Virus record (IMG/VR): IMGVR_UViG_641522623_000002
Direction: 5' to 3' (one strand)
From: a virus
Lineage: Duplodnaviria > Heunggongvirae > Uroviricota > Caudoviricetes
DNA length: 37,589 bases
Notes under the pieces: generated by a model
Seen by the model: the letters and a program-made list of their open reading frames with translations, nothing else
Database searches by the model: none
What the model was told of the DNA's origin: nothing
Program-made: the position numbers and the translations under genes
In this document: in pieces, positions 1-10,738 of the stretch
Layout of the letters: the number at the start of each line of letters is the position of its first letter
How positions within the stretch are numbered: the first letter of the stretch is position 1

Positions 1-258
1 ATGCAAACCGTTATTTTTGGTCGTCCGGGTTGCCCTTACTGTGTGCGTGCAAAAGATCTGGCTGAGAAATTGAGCAATGAACACGATGATTTTCAGTATC
101 ACTATGTAGATATTCGTGCGGAAGGGATCACTAAAGAAGATCTACAACAAAAGGCAGGTAAACCCGTAGAAACCGTGCCGCAGATTTTTGTCGATCAGCA
201 ACATATCGGCGGCTATACCGATTTTGCTGCATGGGTGAAAGAAAATCTGGACGCCTGA
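1..258 (+). CDS. grxA: Glutaredoxin 1
   Basis: 85-aa ORF with the CPYC thioredoxin-fold active site (GRPGCPYCVRAK); a complete gene starting at base 1; sits next to ybjM/ybjL as in E. coli. Confidence 0.9.
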   Translation: MQTVIFGRPGCPYCVRAKDLAEKLSNEHDDFQYHYVDIRAEGITKEDLQQKAGKPVETVPQIFVDQQHIGGYTDFAAWVKENLDA

Positions 259-267
259 TCGTCTGAC

Positions 268-300
268 AAGCCCTCGCGTTGAGGGCTTTACTGATTTTTT
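268..300 (+). terminator. Hairpin aagccctc-gcgtt-gagggctt followed by a T-run; probable grxA terminator overlapping the ybjM 3' end
   Basis: Inverted repeat 268-275/281-288, T6 at 295-300; the T-tract is not immediately adjacent. Confidence 0.4.
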
Positions 301-665
301 CTGTGCTGTGGTTTAAACAAACTACTGATAAATAAGAAACACAGTGCCCCCAGCGCACACCAGAACACCGCACTTAATAACCATGCCAGCTCTTGCCAGA
401 ATGAGCGCGTCGGTGAAAAAAACAGCCGCATAATGAGCATCGAACAGGGTGCCGCCAGCATTGCGCCAAACAGAGGTTTCAGGACTTCTCTACGCTGTGA
501 AAAGAAGCTGGCGACTGCTCCAGGAAGAATGAAAAATAGCAAGCCGATTTCAGGATGCCCGGCAGCCCGAAAAGCGCCTTTCATGTGCGTCGCCAGAAAA
601 AGGCACACCACAATGAAGAGGACAAAACAGCAGATTGCCCCCGCCCAACGTTGTTTATGTTTCAC
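288..665 (-). CDS. ybjM: Inner membrane protein YbjM
   Basis: 125-aa strongly hydrophobic ORF; size, position and sequence fit E. coli ybjM between grxA and ybjL. Confidence 0.8.
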   Translation of the reverse strand: MKHKQRWAGAICCFVLFIVVCLFLATHMKGAFRAAGHPEIGLLFFILPGAVASFFSQRREVLKPLFGAMLAAPCSMLIMRLFFSPTRSFWQELAWLLSAVFWCALGALCFLFISSLFKPQHRKNQ

Positions 666-934
666 TCGTTCCTCCTGACACTGCGTCTATCGAACACATT
701 TTTCGCCAGTGTGGCGTTCAGTAAGATAAAGCCGCTTCGCATTCCATGCTAATATAGGCCAACGCAATTCATATAGCCGTTGATACCTAATGTGATTACA
801 CTAGTAAAATATATTGTTACTTTACTATCGTTTAGGTGCGCTGAATGAATCTGCGCCCTGAATTCTGGTAAAAAACATTATCGTAAATTACCATTTCTTT
901 CAACAGCTTACTAGTAAACAAGAAGTTAGCCTCC

Positions 935-2620
935 GTGAATATAAACGTCGCCGAATTGTTAAATGGGAATTACATTCTGTTATTATTTGTGGTCCTCGCG
1001 CTTGGGCTATGTCTCGGAAAGTTACGACTTGGTTCGATCCAACTGGGTAATTCCATTGGCGTTTTAGTCGTATCGCTGTTATTAGGCCAACAACATTTCA
1101 GCATTAACACCGATGCGCTTAATCTTGGCTTTATGCTGTTTATTTTCTGTGTTGGGGTTGAAGCCGGACCGAACTTTTTTTCCATTTTTTTTCGCGATGG
1201 GAAAAATTACCTAATGTTAGCACTGGTGATGGTTGGCAGTGCGCTGGTGATCGCCTTAGGGTTAGGTAAGCTGTTTGGCTGGGATATTGGCCTGACGGCC
1301 GGTATGTTAGCAGGCTCTATGACGTCGACACCGGTTCTGGTCGGTGCTGGCGATACACTGCGTCATTCCGGCATGGAAAGCAGGCAGCTCTCACTGGCAC
1401 TGGATAATCTGAGCCTCGGGTATGCCTTAACCTATTTAATCGGTCTGGTGAGTTTGATTGTTGGTGCGCGTTACTTGCCGAAATTGCAGCATCAGGACTT
1501 ACAGACCAGCGCCCAGCAAATCGCCCGCGAACGTGGCCTGGACACTGATGCCAACCGTAAGGTTTATTTACCGGTGATCCGCGCCTATCGCGTCGGCCCG
1601 GAGCTGGTGGCCTGGACCGACGGCAAAAATCTGCGTGAACTGGGTATTTATCGACAAACCGGCTGCTACATTGAACGTATTCGACGTAACGGGATTCTGG
1701 CAAATCCAGACGGTGATGCCGTGCTACAAATGGGCGATGAAATAGCGTTGGTAGGCTATCCCGACGCCCATGCCCGACTCGATCCCAGCTTCCGTAACGG
1801 TAAAGAAGTTTTCGATCGTGACCTTCTCGACATGCGTATCGTCACTGAAGAAGTGGTCGTTAAAAACCATAACGCTGTAGGTAAACGTCTCGCACAACTG
1901 AAGTTGACCGATCACGGTTGCTTCCTTAACCGCGTCATTCGTAGCCAGATTGAGATGCCGATAGATGACAACGTCGTGCTTAACAAAGGTGACGTTTTAC
2001 AAGTCAGCGGTGATGCCCGTCGCGTAAAAACCATCGCCGATCGCATCGGCTTTATCTCGATTCACAGCCAGGTCACTGACCTGCTGGCATTTTGCGCCTT
2101 CTTTGTTATTGGGCTGATGATCGGGATGATCACCTTCCAGTTCAGCACATTCAGTTTCGGCATGGGGAACGCTGCCGGGTTGTTATTCGCCGGAATTATG
2201 CTGGGCTTTATGCGTGCTAACCACCCGACCTTCGGTTACATTCCGCAGGGTGCATTAAGCATGGTGAAAGAGTTCGGCTTGATGGTGTTTATGGCAGGCG
2301 TTGGTCTGAGCGCCGGTAGCGGTATTAATAACGGCCTGGGCGCGATTGGCGGTCAGATGTTGATTGCCGGATTGATTGTCAGTCTGGTGCCCGTGGTTAT
2401 CTGTTTCTTGTTCGGTGCTTATGTATTGCGAATGAACCGCGCGCTGTTGTTCGGCGCAATGATGGGCGCACGTACCTGCGCGCCGGCAATGGAGATCATC
2501 AGTGATACAGCTCGCAGTAACATCCCGGCGCTGGGCTATGCGGGCACCTATGCAATCGCCAACGTCCTGCTGACGCTGGCAGGGACAATCATCGTCATGG
2601 TATGGCCAGGATTAGGATAA
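935..2620 (+). CDS. ybjL: Putative AAE-family transporter YbjL (two membrane domains flanking TrkA-C/RCK-C-like soluble domains)
   Basis: 561-aa ORF with hydrophobic N- and C-terminal halves and a soluble middle; matches the recalled E. coli YbjL. Confidence 0.88.
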
Positions 2621-2732
2621 AACTGAAGTTGCCCTGAAAATGAAATTTTTTTGCACAACCGCAGAACTTTTCCGCAGGGCATCAGTCTTAATTAGTGCCA
2701 CTGCTTTTCTTTGATGTCCCCATTTTGTGGAG

Positions 2733-2775
2733 CCCATCAACCCCGCCATTTCGGTTCAAGGTTGATGGGTTTTTT
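2733..2775 (+). terminator. Rho-independent terminator-like hairpin downstream of ybjL
   Basis: cccatcaacc (2733-2742) pairs with ggttgatggg (2760-2769), followed by TTTTTT (2770-2775); the loop is rather long (17 nt). Confidence 0.5.
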
Positions 2776-2855
2776 GTTGCCTGAAATTTAAGCTGTTTAA
2801 AATCATGATGTTAGAAGCACTGTTTTTTAACGATGGCGACAAAATGGCGGCAGCG

Positions 2856-3074
2856 TCAAAGAGAGAGCGCCACCTGTCCTGATTTCATTGGATGCGGCTG
2901 AACCGGATTTGACTCTTTTGGCGTTGCAATCGAACGAACAAAAGTTTCATGGGTAACAAAAGTATGGCTGCAGTTAATGTTCTGGCACTGGTTGTAACGC
3001 TCTTTGGTCAATGAAGATACCTGAAAACTGCTGCGAGTATGGGCGGCACTTCCACACAGTGGGCAAATCATCAT
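2856..3074 (-). CDS. ogr: Late-gene transcriptional activator, Ogr/Delta/B zinc-finger family
   Basis: Translation MMICPLCGSAAHTRSS...YNQCQNINCSHTF carries the CxxC...CxxxxC zinc-finger signature of P2 Ogr / 186 B. Start chosen at the internal Met pair; the ORF track begins at 3107. Confidence 0.8.
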   Translation of the reverse strand: MMICPLCGSAAHTRSSFQVSSLTKERYNQCQNINCSHTFVTHETFVRSIATPKESNPVQPHPMKSGQVALSL

Positions 3075-3164
3075 TTTTCGAGTTCTCCCCATTTTTGCTA
3101 AATTCACAATAATGATACCGTATTATTCCATTTTGCAAACTTAAAAGTTCTCCATTGCGAAGAA

Positions 3165-4265
3165 TCATTCCATTTCGAAATCATCAATCCTCACTTCAAG
3201 CTCCAGACTGGTCGTAAAACCGTTATCCGGGCTGACGGTATGTGTCAGAGTCGTAATGGTCCATTCCGCATCATCTATCGGCGGTTTAAAGCCGCTGACC
3301 TTCACAGGCATTTCCGTGTAGAGATCTGCCCGACCTTCCGCCAGTTGTAGCGAGAATGACGCAACGCCGCGTTGCAGGCGTTCCCACTGCATTTTCGCTG
3401 CCCGTTCAGCGTTGCTCCGGTTGGCATAAGTGCGATTAAGTACCAGCACGTTTTCATCCGTACCCACCAGGTAATCGCCCTGCTTCGCTTCCGGCTCATT
3501 CTTCTGCTTCTTAGTTCTGCGCTTACGCTTCACCGTGGTACTTTCTTTCTTCGCAGGTTCGCGGGTATGCAACCAGCTGGCAATTACGCCCGTGTAGGCT
3601 CCGCGATCTGCCAGGGTAAAGCGGTGACTGTCGCCGTCCTTGCGTGTGATAGTGATCACTGGCAGTGGTTTACCAGTGGCGCTTTTGCCCTGCCCCTGCC
3701 GGATGAATAACAGATTGCCATTTTTCACCGACGCGATGGCACCGTACTGTCGCGCCAGCCGCATCAGAAAACTGCCGTCACTCTCATTAGTCTGGTCTAT
3801 ATGCTCCACGGGCTTATCCGACAGGTCTTTACCCAGTGCCATCTTCAGCTTGTGCCGCGCGGCTATTTCCTTCACCACTTCCCCGACGGTGGTCTTGTGC
3901 CACGACTTTTCACGACGGGTATTCAGCGTTTCCCGAAAATCAGCACTTCGCGCCCGGATAGTCAGGCGGTCCGGTGCGCCAGTGTGTTCAATCTCGTCCA
4001 CCGTGAATGCCCCTTTCGGGAAAAGCGGCTGCCCCTTCCAGCCCAGCGCCAGCGTAATGACCGCACCACGGCGCGGCAGCACGATTTTTCCGTCGGCGTC
4101 GTCCAGCTCCAGATCAAGCTGGTCTGCGTCAAAGCCCCGGTTATCCGTCAGCGTCAGCCCCATCAGGCGGTTGTCCAGCACAGTGGTGATATCCCTACCT
4201 TCAATACTGATGCTGAATGCCGGAGTTTTGTTGCCTTTGTTAAGCAGTTCAGAGCTGAAATTCAC
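3165..4265 (-). CDS. Tail protein gpD (late tail operon, terminal gene)
   Basis: 366 aa, position after U; LTLTDNRGFDADQLDLELDDADG motif as in P2 gpD; ATGA overlap with the U stop. Confidence 0.85.
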   Translation of the reverse strand: MNFSSELLNKGNKTPAFSISIEGRDITTVLDNRLMGLTLTDNRGFDADQLDLELDDADGKIVLPRRGAVITLALGWKGQPLFPKGAFTVDEIEHTGAPDRLTIRARSADFRETLNTRREKSWHKTTVGEVVKEIAARHKLKMALGKDLSDKPVEHIDQTNESDGSFLMRLARQYGAIASVKNGNLLFIRQGQGKSATGKPLPVITITRKDGDSHRFTLADRGAYTGVIASWLHTREPAKKESTTVKRKRRTKKQKNEPEAKQGDYLVGTDENVLVLNRTYANRSNAERAAKMQWERLQRGVASFSLQLAEGRADLYTEMPVKVSGFKPPIDDAEWTITTLTHTVSPDNGFTTSLELEVRIDDFEME

Positions 4266-4747
4266 GACAGCAGCCCTCCCACCGTTTTACTGATATCACT
4301 TAAGGCAGACGTTGCCGTGTCCTGCAAATTATTCAGCTGCGCACTGAGATCACCGAACATATCGGACAGGGATTCATCTACCCGTTTTAGCGACAGAGTG
4401 AACTCAATCCGGCGCGGCATACCGTCGCGGAAAAACTCCGTTTTAGTCTGATTCAGTCCCTCAATCACATACATGCCGTAAATCGTGCCGCTGCCTTCAA
4501 TCAGGGGCCATGCTTTTCCCTGTTCTGCCATCTGCTCCAGTGCCAGCAACGACAGCCTGCCGCCTGTTATCTCCGGCATCAGAACACCAGAAAGCGTCAG
4601 CATGTCGTTATCCGGTCCCAGAAACTGCGTTGACGGGCGTCGGTTAACCCGGCTGTTAGCCGCATGTCGCCAGCTGCGCTGATACTGCAGCTCCTGATAC
4701 GGCACGGTGCGCAGCATAAACACGTACAATCCCAGCACCATCATCAT
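4262..4747 (-). CDS. Tail protein gpU
   Basis: 161 aa, between T and D; start overlaps the T stop. Confidence 0.8.
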   Translation of the reverse strand: MMMVLGLYVFMLRTVPYQELQYQRSWRHAANSRVNRRPSTQFLGPDNDMLTLSGVLMPEITGGRLSLLALEQMAEQGKAWPLIEGSGTIYGMYVIEGLNQTKTEFFRDGMPRRIEFTLSLKRVDESLSDMFGDLSAQLNNLQDTATSALSDISKTVGGLLS

Positions 4748-7700
4748 GCGTCGTATCCCCCCTGATCGCTGTAGTTACTCCTGGCTTTTGCCTTCAGCCT
4801 GCGTTCACGTTCATCAAGCTGGCGGGCCACCTCCCGCGCAATATCCTGCGCACTTTGTCCTGGCTGCGTCTGAATGATGATCTGCGTCGGTGCCTCAATC
4901 CGTTGAACGGGCGGCACAGTGGCTGCACGACTCACCATCGCTTCGCCGCCTTTCGCGGGAAGTGCCAAAGGATGTAACGGTGGAAGCTCTGTAGGCGCGG
5001 CAGCAACGCCCATCATTCCGGCAACAACCGCAGCCAGTGCAGCGGTATTTCTCCGGCTGGTCACGTTTGCCGGGCCGTTGACAATTTCCGGCCCGTTTTC
5101 ACCGACGATGCCAAACTGCCCGCGCGGGATATAGCCGCCGCTGTCATACATCCCCGCAAAGCCATATCCCCATGACGGAAAACCACCCGATGGCATCATC
5201 ACTTTACCGTCTGCATTCACCGTCGCAGGTTGCTGACGCGTCACGCTTTCCGGCAGTTTCGCCTTTGCAGCCTCTTTACTGACAATGCCGAGCTTCTCCA
5301 GCAACCAGGAAACACCGGATTTCAGGGAGTCCAGCGGATGCATGACCATATTCAGCCCTTCCGCCAGTGCCTCCCCGAATCGTCGCCCCATTGCCGCTGC
5401 GCTCTGCAGTTCGGCAGAGGTCGACTTAACGGGCGTCAGCAGATCAGTAAACCAGCCCCACAGCGCCTGTACTTTGTCGCCAATCCACTGAAACACAGGC
5501 TTAAGTGGTTCGAATGCAGCACTGATGGGACCTGCCGCCGCTTTGAATCCTTCCACCACGCCACCGAGAAATGCGGTGATGGGTTGCCAGTATTTCCAGA
5601 CAACCAGCGCCACACCCGCCAGTGCAGTAACCACAAGACCTATCGGACTGAGCAGAGCACCTAACAGACCAGATATGGCATACAGGGCAACGCGCAGCAT
5701 CGCCAGCGGACCAGATGCAAGCACACGAAGCACCGCGCCTGCGGCAGCCAGTCCACCGCGCAGTACCGCCAGAGGATTCATAAACATCACAGCAACAGCA
5801 CGTAAAGCGGATAATCCAGACCGCAATAGTGCAACCGGCGCACCTGCTACAGTTTTCAGGACATTTCCCGTCAGTGATGCCGTACGGCGCAAAGACGACA
5901 ACGGCGCAGTAAGTAAACCCGCTGCGTTACCCGATGAAGCAAGCCCGCGTCGCAGCACTGCCAGTGGAGCGCCAGCCAGCCAGGACAACGCGCTGCTGGT
6001 TCGTGTTACTGCTGCCGTAACGGAAGGTAACGTTTTTATGCCCAGCACAGAGAATCCCAGACGGATGACTGCCAGCGGCCCCAGCACTGCAGCCAGCGCC
6101 ACAGCCAAGGTGCCGAGGCCTACGGTAACCGCAGCCACAATAGCGGCTACTTTCATCAGTGTGCCCGTCAGTTCCGGGTTAGCTTCGACCCAGCGACGCA
6201 ACGCTCCCGTAACGCTTTTCACCGTGTACAGAATATCCATCAGCGGCTGGCGCAGCGTTTCGCCCAGGCTGCTGAAGGTATTCTGCGCTCCGGTTTTAAC
6301 CAGCAACCACTGAGCAGAAAGTGAGTCCTTGTTGATGTCGGATTCTTTCTGCATGGAGCCGAGCGCATCATTGCCCGCTGTCAGTTTTAGCTGGCGCTGT
6401 AGTTCCGGCAGGTTGTTTGCCAGTTTCGCCGCGTCATCGCCAAACTCTTTACCAAACAACATGGTCATGGCAGACAGACGCTTGTCCTGCGGCAGTGCGT
6501 TCACCTTCTCCAGCACACGCTGGATAGTTCCCATCGCATCCTTCGTCATCTGCTTTTCAATCACTTCAGGATTGAGTTTCAGCAGATTCATCCCTTCAAA
6601 GAAACTCTTGCTTTGCATGGTGGCAATGGACAATTCACGCACCATCGCGTTTGCTGCACTGGCTGCAACCTCTGGCGCAGCGCCCAGTGTCAGAAAGGTG
6701 GAACCCAGCGCCGCCGCTTTACGATAATCCAGACGATCAGCCACACCGCCCAGGCGTTGCATGACATCAATGATGTCTGCCCCTTTCGACATGGCGTTAT
6801 CATCCAGATAGTTCAGCGCATCACCGAGCTGTTCAATATTGCGGGTAGGGATTTTGTAGAGCTGGGCGATTTTCCCCAGACTTTCTGACAGTTCATCCGC
6901 TGGCAGCTCAAAGGCTGTTGCCGCCTTTGCTGCCGTGCTGGCGAAGGCCAGCAGGTCACGTTTCTGGTCTTCCCAGCTGTCGTCAGGATTTGCGACGTTC
7001 ATGCGCGCACCACCTTCAACCAGTGCGGCAAAGTCCACAGCACCGTTTTCCATCGGCAACTGTTCGCTGGCAGCCTTGATGACATCCTGCATTTCGTAAA
7101 AACGCGCGGTGCGGTTGCCATTATCGTCACGCAGACCATTGACCTGCTTTGCCACACCTTTCATGGCATCTTCCATGCTGGTATAGCTTTTTACTGCCGC
7201 CATCACTGGTGCGCCCATTGCCAGCCCTGCAGCCGTGGTGGTGGCTCCGGCACCTGCAATACGATCACGCACCTCCAGCGAACGGGCATAACTGGCACGC
7301 GCCGCATTCATCCTGCGCTGAGCTTCCCCCAGTCGCTTCAGCCGCGCCTCTTGTTTCGAAAGTTCCTGGTTATAACGTGATGTTTCACGGGCTAAACGGG
7401 CAGTTGCTCCCGCATCATCTTTCGCAGAAATTCCCGCCCGGTACAGTTCTGCACGCACAAGCGCCGTTTGCTTCTGCAAATATTTTTGTTGTTCTTCCAG
7501 GCGTTGGACTGCCAGCGTTTGCCGACCTAAAGCCACAAGATGCCTTTGTGATGGTTGTTCCATCGCTTCCAGCTCAGAACTAAGCAAATTTGCCTTCTGT
7601 CTGGCATAGTTCAGCCTGTCGCCTAACTTTTTGTTATCGGCCTGCAGCTTGCGAAATTTTTCCAGGCTGTTACCCGCCTGATTGAGTTGCTTTAATGCGT

Positions 7701-7821
7701 CACGGGAGTTTCTGATTGCGCCAGCCAGCTCTTTCGAACTGGCCTGTGCAGCACGGAATGGGCGGGTGAGTTTGTCAACCGCATTAAGAATGACCTGCAG
7801 GCGCAGGTTATTATCACTCAT
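4744..7821 (-). CDS. Tail tape measure protein gpT
   Basis: 1025 aa, coiled-coil N-terminal part and Ala/Gly-rich hydrophobic repeats; lies after E/E' as in P2. Confidence 0.88.
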   Translation of the reverse strand: MSDNNLRLQVILNAVDKLTRPFRAAQASSKELAGAIRNSRDALKQLNQAGNSLEKFRKLQADNKKLGDRLNYARQKANLLSSELEAMEQPSQRHLVALGRQTLAVQRLEEQQKYLQKQTALVRAELYRAGISAKDDAGATARLARETSRYNQELSKQEARLKRLGEAQRRMNAARASYARSLEVRDRIAGAGATTTAAGLAMGAPVMAAVKSYTSMEDAMKGVAKQVNGLRDDNGNRTARFYEMQDVIKAASEQLPMENGAVDFAALVEGGARMNVANPDDSWEDQKRDLLAFASTAAKAATAFELPADELSESLGKIAQLYKIPTRNIEQLGDALNYLDDNAMSKGADIIDVMQRLGGVADRLDYRKAAALGSTFLTLGAAPEVAASAANAMVRELSIATMQSKSFFEGMNLLKLNPEVIEKQMTKDAMGTIQRVLEKVNALPQDKRLSAMTMLFGKEFGDDAAKLANNLPELQRQLKLTAGNDALGSMQKESDINKDSLSAQWLLVKTGAQNTFSSLGETLRQPLMDILYTVKSVTGALRRWVEANPELTGTLMKVAAIVAAVTVGLGTLAVALAAVLGPLAVIRLGFSVLGIKTLPSVTAAVTRTSSALSWLAGAPLAVLRRGLASSGNAAGLLTAPLSSLRRTASLTGNVLKTVAGAPVALLRSGLSALRAVAVMFMNPLAVLRGGLAAAGAVLRVLASGPLAMLRVALYAISGLLGALLSPIGLVVTALAGVALVVWKYWQPITAFLGGVVEGFKAAAGPISAAFEPLKPVFQWIGDKVQALWGWFTDLLTPVKSTSAELQSAAAMGRRFGEALAEGLNMVMHPLDSLKSGVSWLLEKLGIVSKEAAKAKLPESVTRQQPATVNADGKVMMPSGGFPSWGYGFAGMYDSGGYIPRGQFGIVGENGPEIVNGPANVTSRRNTAALAAVVAGMMGVAAAPTELPPLHPLALPAKGGEAMVSRAATVPPVQRIEAPTQIIIQTQPGQSAQDIAREVARQLDERERRLKAKARSNYSDQGGYDA

Positions 7822-8250
7822 CGTTGGCCCCGCTTCTCTGAATCGCTTTATACCGCCAGTCCAGCACTTCGGTCAGCGGCATAACGTCAGTAACGGATGG
7901 CGGCCAGTGAAAAATGGTGGCGATATCTGCCACCAGATCGTCAACCGTCAGGCTGTCGGTAAACCGGCAAGCACCGACTTCTTCAACAAAAAAGTGACAA
8001 CCTCAACCGACATGGCAGTGAGATCTGCCGGGTCCATCTCTGCAATTTCCTGCGCAGTCAGTGCCGGACTGGAGATGCGGGGGATCACGGTCATCATCGC
8101 GTTTACATCCATATCCATAATGGCCTGCAGGCGTGTACCGCGCAGCGCACCGGACTGCGGTTTACGCAGCACAATTTCGGTAATTTCTGTTTTACCGCGC
8201 ATGATGGGGGTGTCCAGTTGAATGGTCTTTTCAGTTTGCTTATCGCTCAT
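7814..8250 (-). CDS. gpE+E' -1 programmed frameshift product (about 145 aa)
   Basis: Slippery site TTTTTTG on the minus strand at 7987-7993; hand translation of the -1 frame from 7985 gives a 57-codon extension ending at a TGA at 7814-7816, overlapping the T start. Same architecture as P2 E/E'. Confidence 0.6.
7948..8250 (-). CDS. Tail assembly chaperone gpE
   Basis: 100-aa ORF directly upstream of T on the same strand; contains the slippery heptamer T_TTT_TTG near its 3' end. Confidence 0.8.
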   Translation of the reverse strand: MSDKQTEKTIQLDTPIMRGKTEITEIVLRKPQSGALRGTRLQAIMDMDVNAMMTVIPRISSPALTAQEIAEMDPADLTAMSVEVVTFLLKKSVLAGLPTA

Positions 8251-8304
8251 TTTGCTGTCCTGTAAATTGGGTTCTGGCGCGGTATCCCGCGCCGTTCAGA
8301 TAGT

Positions 8305-8820
8305 TCAGAGGCCGAGGGCGTTGCGGTGCGCTTCCATCAGGTCCACACCGTTCACAATTTCCACCATGTTGATAAGGTCCACTTCATAGAGCACCTCACC
8401 ATTGATGGTCAGCTTCGCGTAGCTGTTGGTACTGGTCACTTTGGTGGTGTTGCTTTCGCCCGTCTTCCACTCGCCGGAATCCACTTCTTTGTGACGTCCA
8501 CGCACCACAAGCTCCACGGCCTGCACTTCTCCGGTATCGTCACGCTGGATAGAGCCGGTAAAGCGCAACTGGACGCCATCCACCGTGGCTTTGCCCATCT
8601 GCTTAAACAGCAGCAGTTCAGTACCACCAATGGAAAATTCTGTGTCCAGCGCACTGTCATCAAGCCCCAGATCCACATCAACTGCACCAGGCATTCCGCC
8701 GCCGCGATACTTCTCATATTTGCGGGTGAATTTCGGCAGCGTCAGCGACTCAACGATCCCCTGCCAGTTGTTCCCGTCGTTAAACAGGTTCAGGTGTTTT
8801 AATTTGCGTGGTAAAGCCAT
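8305..8820 (-). CDS. Tail tube protein gpFII
   Basis: 171 aa, immediately downstream of the sheath gene; size and order as in P2. Confidence 0.85.
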   Translation of the reverse strand: MALPRKLKHLNLFNDGNNWQGIVESLTLPKFTRKYEKYRGGGMPGAVDVDLGLDDSALDTEFSIGGTELLLFKQMGKATVDGVQLRFTGSIQRDDTGEVQAVELVVRGRHKEVDSGEWKTGESNTTKVTSTNSYAKLTINGEVLYEVDLINMVEIVNGVDLMEAHRNALGL

Positions 8821-8829
8821 ATTGTCCCC

Positions 8830-10002
8830 TTACGCGCTGACCTGGCTGGAGAAATTCACCAGGTACTGATCGGTGATGCGCTGACGCAACATCAGGTTTT
8901 CAAGTGGCGGCACTGGCGTGTAGTCGTAGTCGATGGTGAGTTTTCCGGCTTTCAGAGTGTCTTTGTCGTTCACCGACTCGTCCAGCCAGCAATCACCACC
9001 AATGAGATACCCCTGACTGACCAGGCTGCGCATTTTGGCGCGGATGCCCTCGATAATGTCGCGGGCCAGCGACGGGTTAAGCGGTTTATCCACCGCCCAC
9101 ATGTGTGCTTCTGCCATCGTGTCCATCAGCACCTGCGCCGTGCGGGTGTAGTTTTCGAAGGCAAAGAGCGGGTCATCACTCAGGCTGCGGGAACCCCAGA
9201 AGCGGAAACCGTCTTTACGCACAAGCGTGGTGACGTCGTTCTGGTTCAGCAGACCTGCATCGGTTGCCGGGTCCTGCAGATCCCAGAACACATCAGCAGA
9301 AATTCCGGTGACACCGTTCACGCCCACGTTGGACAGGCTTTTGTGCCATCCGGTCTGCTCGTCAATTTTGGCGCGCAGACCAAGCGCACGAGCGGTGGCA
9401 TAAGCCGTTGCTTCGGCATTCAGCACCGTGTCCCAGCCAGTAAAGTCGGGCCAGATCAGCATCCCTTCGCGCTGGCTGAAGTTTTCGCGGTAAGTGATCG
9501 CCTCCTGCACTGTCTTGCAGCCATACGCTGACAGGTAAGCAAACCCACGCAGGCTTTGCGCCACGCTCAGCAACTCAGTCGCAACGGCTTTGTTATCGTG
9601 GCCTGGCACGCCGAGAATGCGCGGTTTAACGCCGAGCTGTGACTGGGCAGATAACAGAGCTTTCATGCCTGTTTTTTTACCTTCAGCAGTCACTGCGCCG
9701 ATGATATTGGTCGTGGTTTCTTCTTCCGTTTCCCCCTGCGGCACACGCACAACAACGGTCACGGGTTTTGCCTGGTCAGCGATGGCATCCAGCGAACGGG
9801 CCAGCGTGCCGGACTCACCCGCTTTACCGCTGGCAGTCAGCACATCAGTGATCAGCACGGGTTTATTAAGAGGAAACATTTTTGCATCGGCATCATCGCC
9901 CGTGCAGACCATACCCACGATGGCGGTGCTCACCGTGGTAATGGATCGGGTGCCTTCGTTGACTTCAACAACGCGCACTCCGTGGTGGTAATCCTGAGCC
10001 AT
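8830..10002 (-). CDS. Contractile tail sheath protein gpFI
   Basis: 390 aa, first gene of the FI-FII-E-T-U-D operon. Confidence 0.88.
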   Translation of the reverse strand: MAQDYHHGVRVVEVNEGTRSITTVSTAIVGMVCTGDDADAKMFPLNKPVLITDVLTASGKAGESGTLARSLDAIADQAKPVTVVVRVPQGETEEETTTNIIGAVTAEGKKTGMKALLSAQSQLGVKPRILGVPGHDNKAVATELLSVAQSLRGFAYLSAYGCKTVQEAITYRENFSQREGMLIWPDFTGWDTVLNAEATAYATARALGLRAKIDEQTGWHKSLSNVGVNGVTGISADVFWDLQDPATDAGLLNQNDVTTLVRKDGFRFWGSRSLSDDPLFAFENYTRTAQVLMDTMAEAHMWAVDKPLNPSLARDIIEGIRAKMRSLVSQGYLIGGDCWLDESVNDKDTLKAGKLTIDYDYTPVPPLENLMLRQRITDQYLVNFSSQVSA

Positions 10003-10078
10003 AGTGGCGAACCTCCTGATTGGATTAGGCTTCGCCCTATGTTGAAGTGATTGTGCCTGACAAACAGCTAAGCGCAGT

Positions 10079-10096
10079 TGTGTCGTTATTCACACA
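10079..10096 (-). promoter_or_regulatory. Candidate Ogr/B activator site (TGT-N12-ACA) of the late tail promoter upstream of FI
   Basis: tgtgtcgttattcacaca about 80 bp upstream of the FI start codon; P2 late promoters carry a TGT-N12-ACA dyad near -55. Confidence 0.4.
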
Positions 10097-10144
10097 AAAT
10101 AACGGTATTTGTCCGCTTACAGGAAAAATCAAAATAATGCTGAC

Positions 10145-10717
10145 TCAGGGCGATTCATTGTTCTCATTCGCCGGAAATTTTCTATAAATGGTAGAAACGC
10201 CCACATCAAAAATCAGTGCAATACGCTGTCTTGATTCTCCGGCCTCGAGTAAACGTCCAATCTGTGCCCACTGTTTGGTAGTCAACTTAGGACGGCGTCC
10301 ACCTACTCTGCCTTTAGCACGAGCTGCAGCCAGCCCTGCCCTGGTACGTTCAACTATCAGTTCGCGTTCCATTTCAGCCAGGGCACCCATGACATGAAAA
10401 AAGAAACGGCCCATTGGGGTACTGGTATCAATACTGTCAGTCAGACTTCTGAAATTCACGCCGCGCTGGCGCAACTCTTCTATCAGAGTAACAAGATGCC
10501 GCATACTGCGCCCCAACCTGTCCAGCTTCCAGACAACCAGTGTGTCACCTGCCGATAGTGTCCTGAGCAGCTTTTTCAGCCCCGGTCTGTCGGACTTGGT
10601 GCCACTGATTTTATCCTCAAAAATCCGCTCACATCCCGCGCAGTTCAGTGCATTACGTTGCAAATCGGTGTTCTGGTCATTTGTTGACACGCGTACATAG
10701 CCAATAAGCATGATCAT
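10145..10717 (-). CDS. Serine-recombinase DNA invertase (Gin/Cin/Pin/Hin family)
   Basis: 190 aa; N-terminal resolvase catalytic domain (GYVRVSTNDQ with the active-site Ser) and C-terminal HTH; sits immediately beside a crossover site. Confidence 0.9.
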   Translation of the reverse strand: MIMLIGYVRVSTNDQNTDLQRNALNCAGCERIFEDKISGTKSDRPGLKKLLRTLSAGDTLVVWKLDRLGRSMRHLVTLIEELRQRGVNFRSLTDSIDTSTPMGRFFFHVMGALAEMERELIVERTRAGLAAARAKGRVGGRRPKLTTKQWAQIGRLLEAGESRQRIALIFDVGVSTIYRKFPANENNESP

Positions 10718-10738
10718 CCCTCTGAATAAAAACCGGAG

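Noticed and set aside
2974-3168. 64-aa minus-strand ORF overlapping the ogr region
   Set aside because: Alternative frame overlapping the zinc-finger late activator, which has a clear family signature; no motif of its own.
3640-4451. Two ~216-aa plus-strand ORFs
   Set aside because: Antisense to gpD and gpU; Ser/Arg-rich composition typical of non-coding frames.
5525-6313. 262-aa plus-strand ORF (and several neighbours at 4919-7583) inside the tape-measure gene
   Set aside because: Antisense to the long, well-supported gpT ORF in GC-rich DNA; Pro/Ser/Ala/Arg-rich low-complexity translation typical of spurious reverse-frame ORFs.
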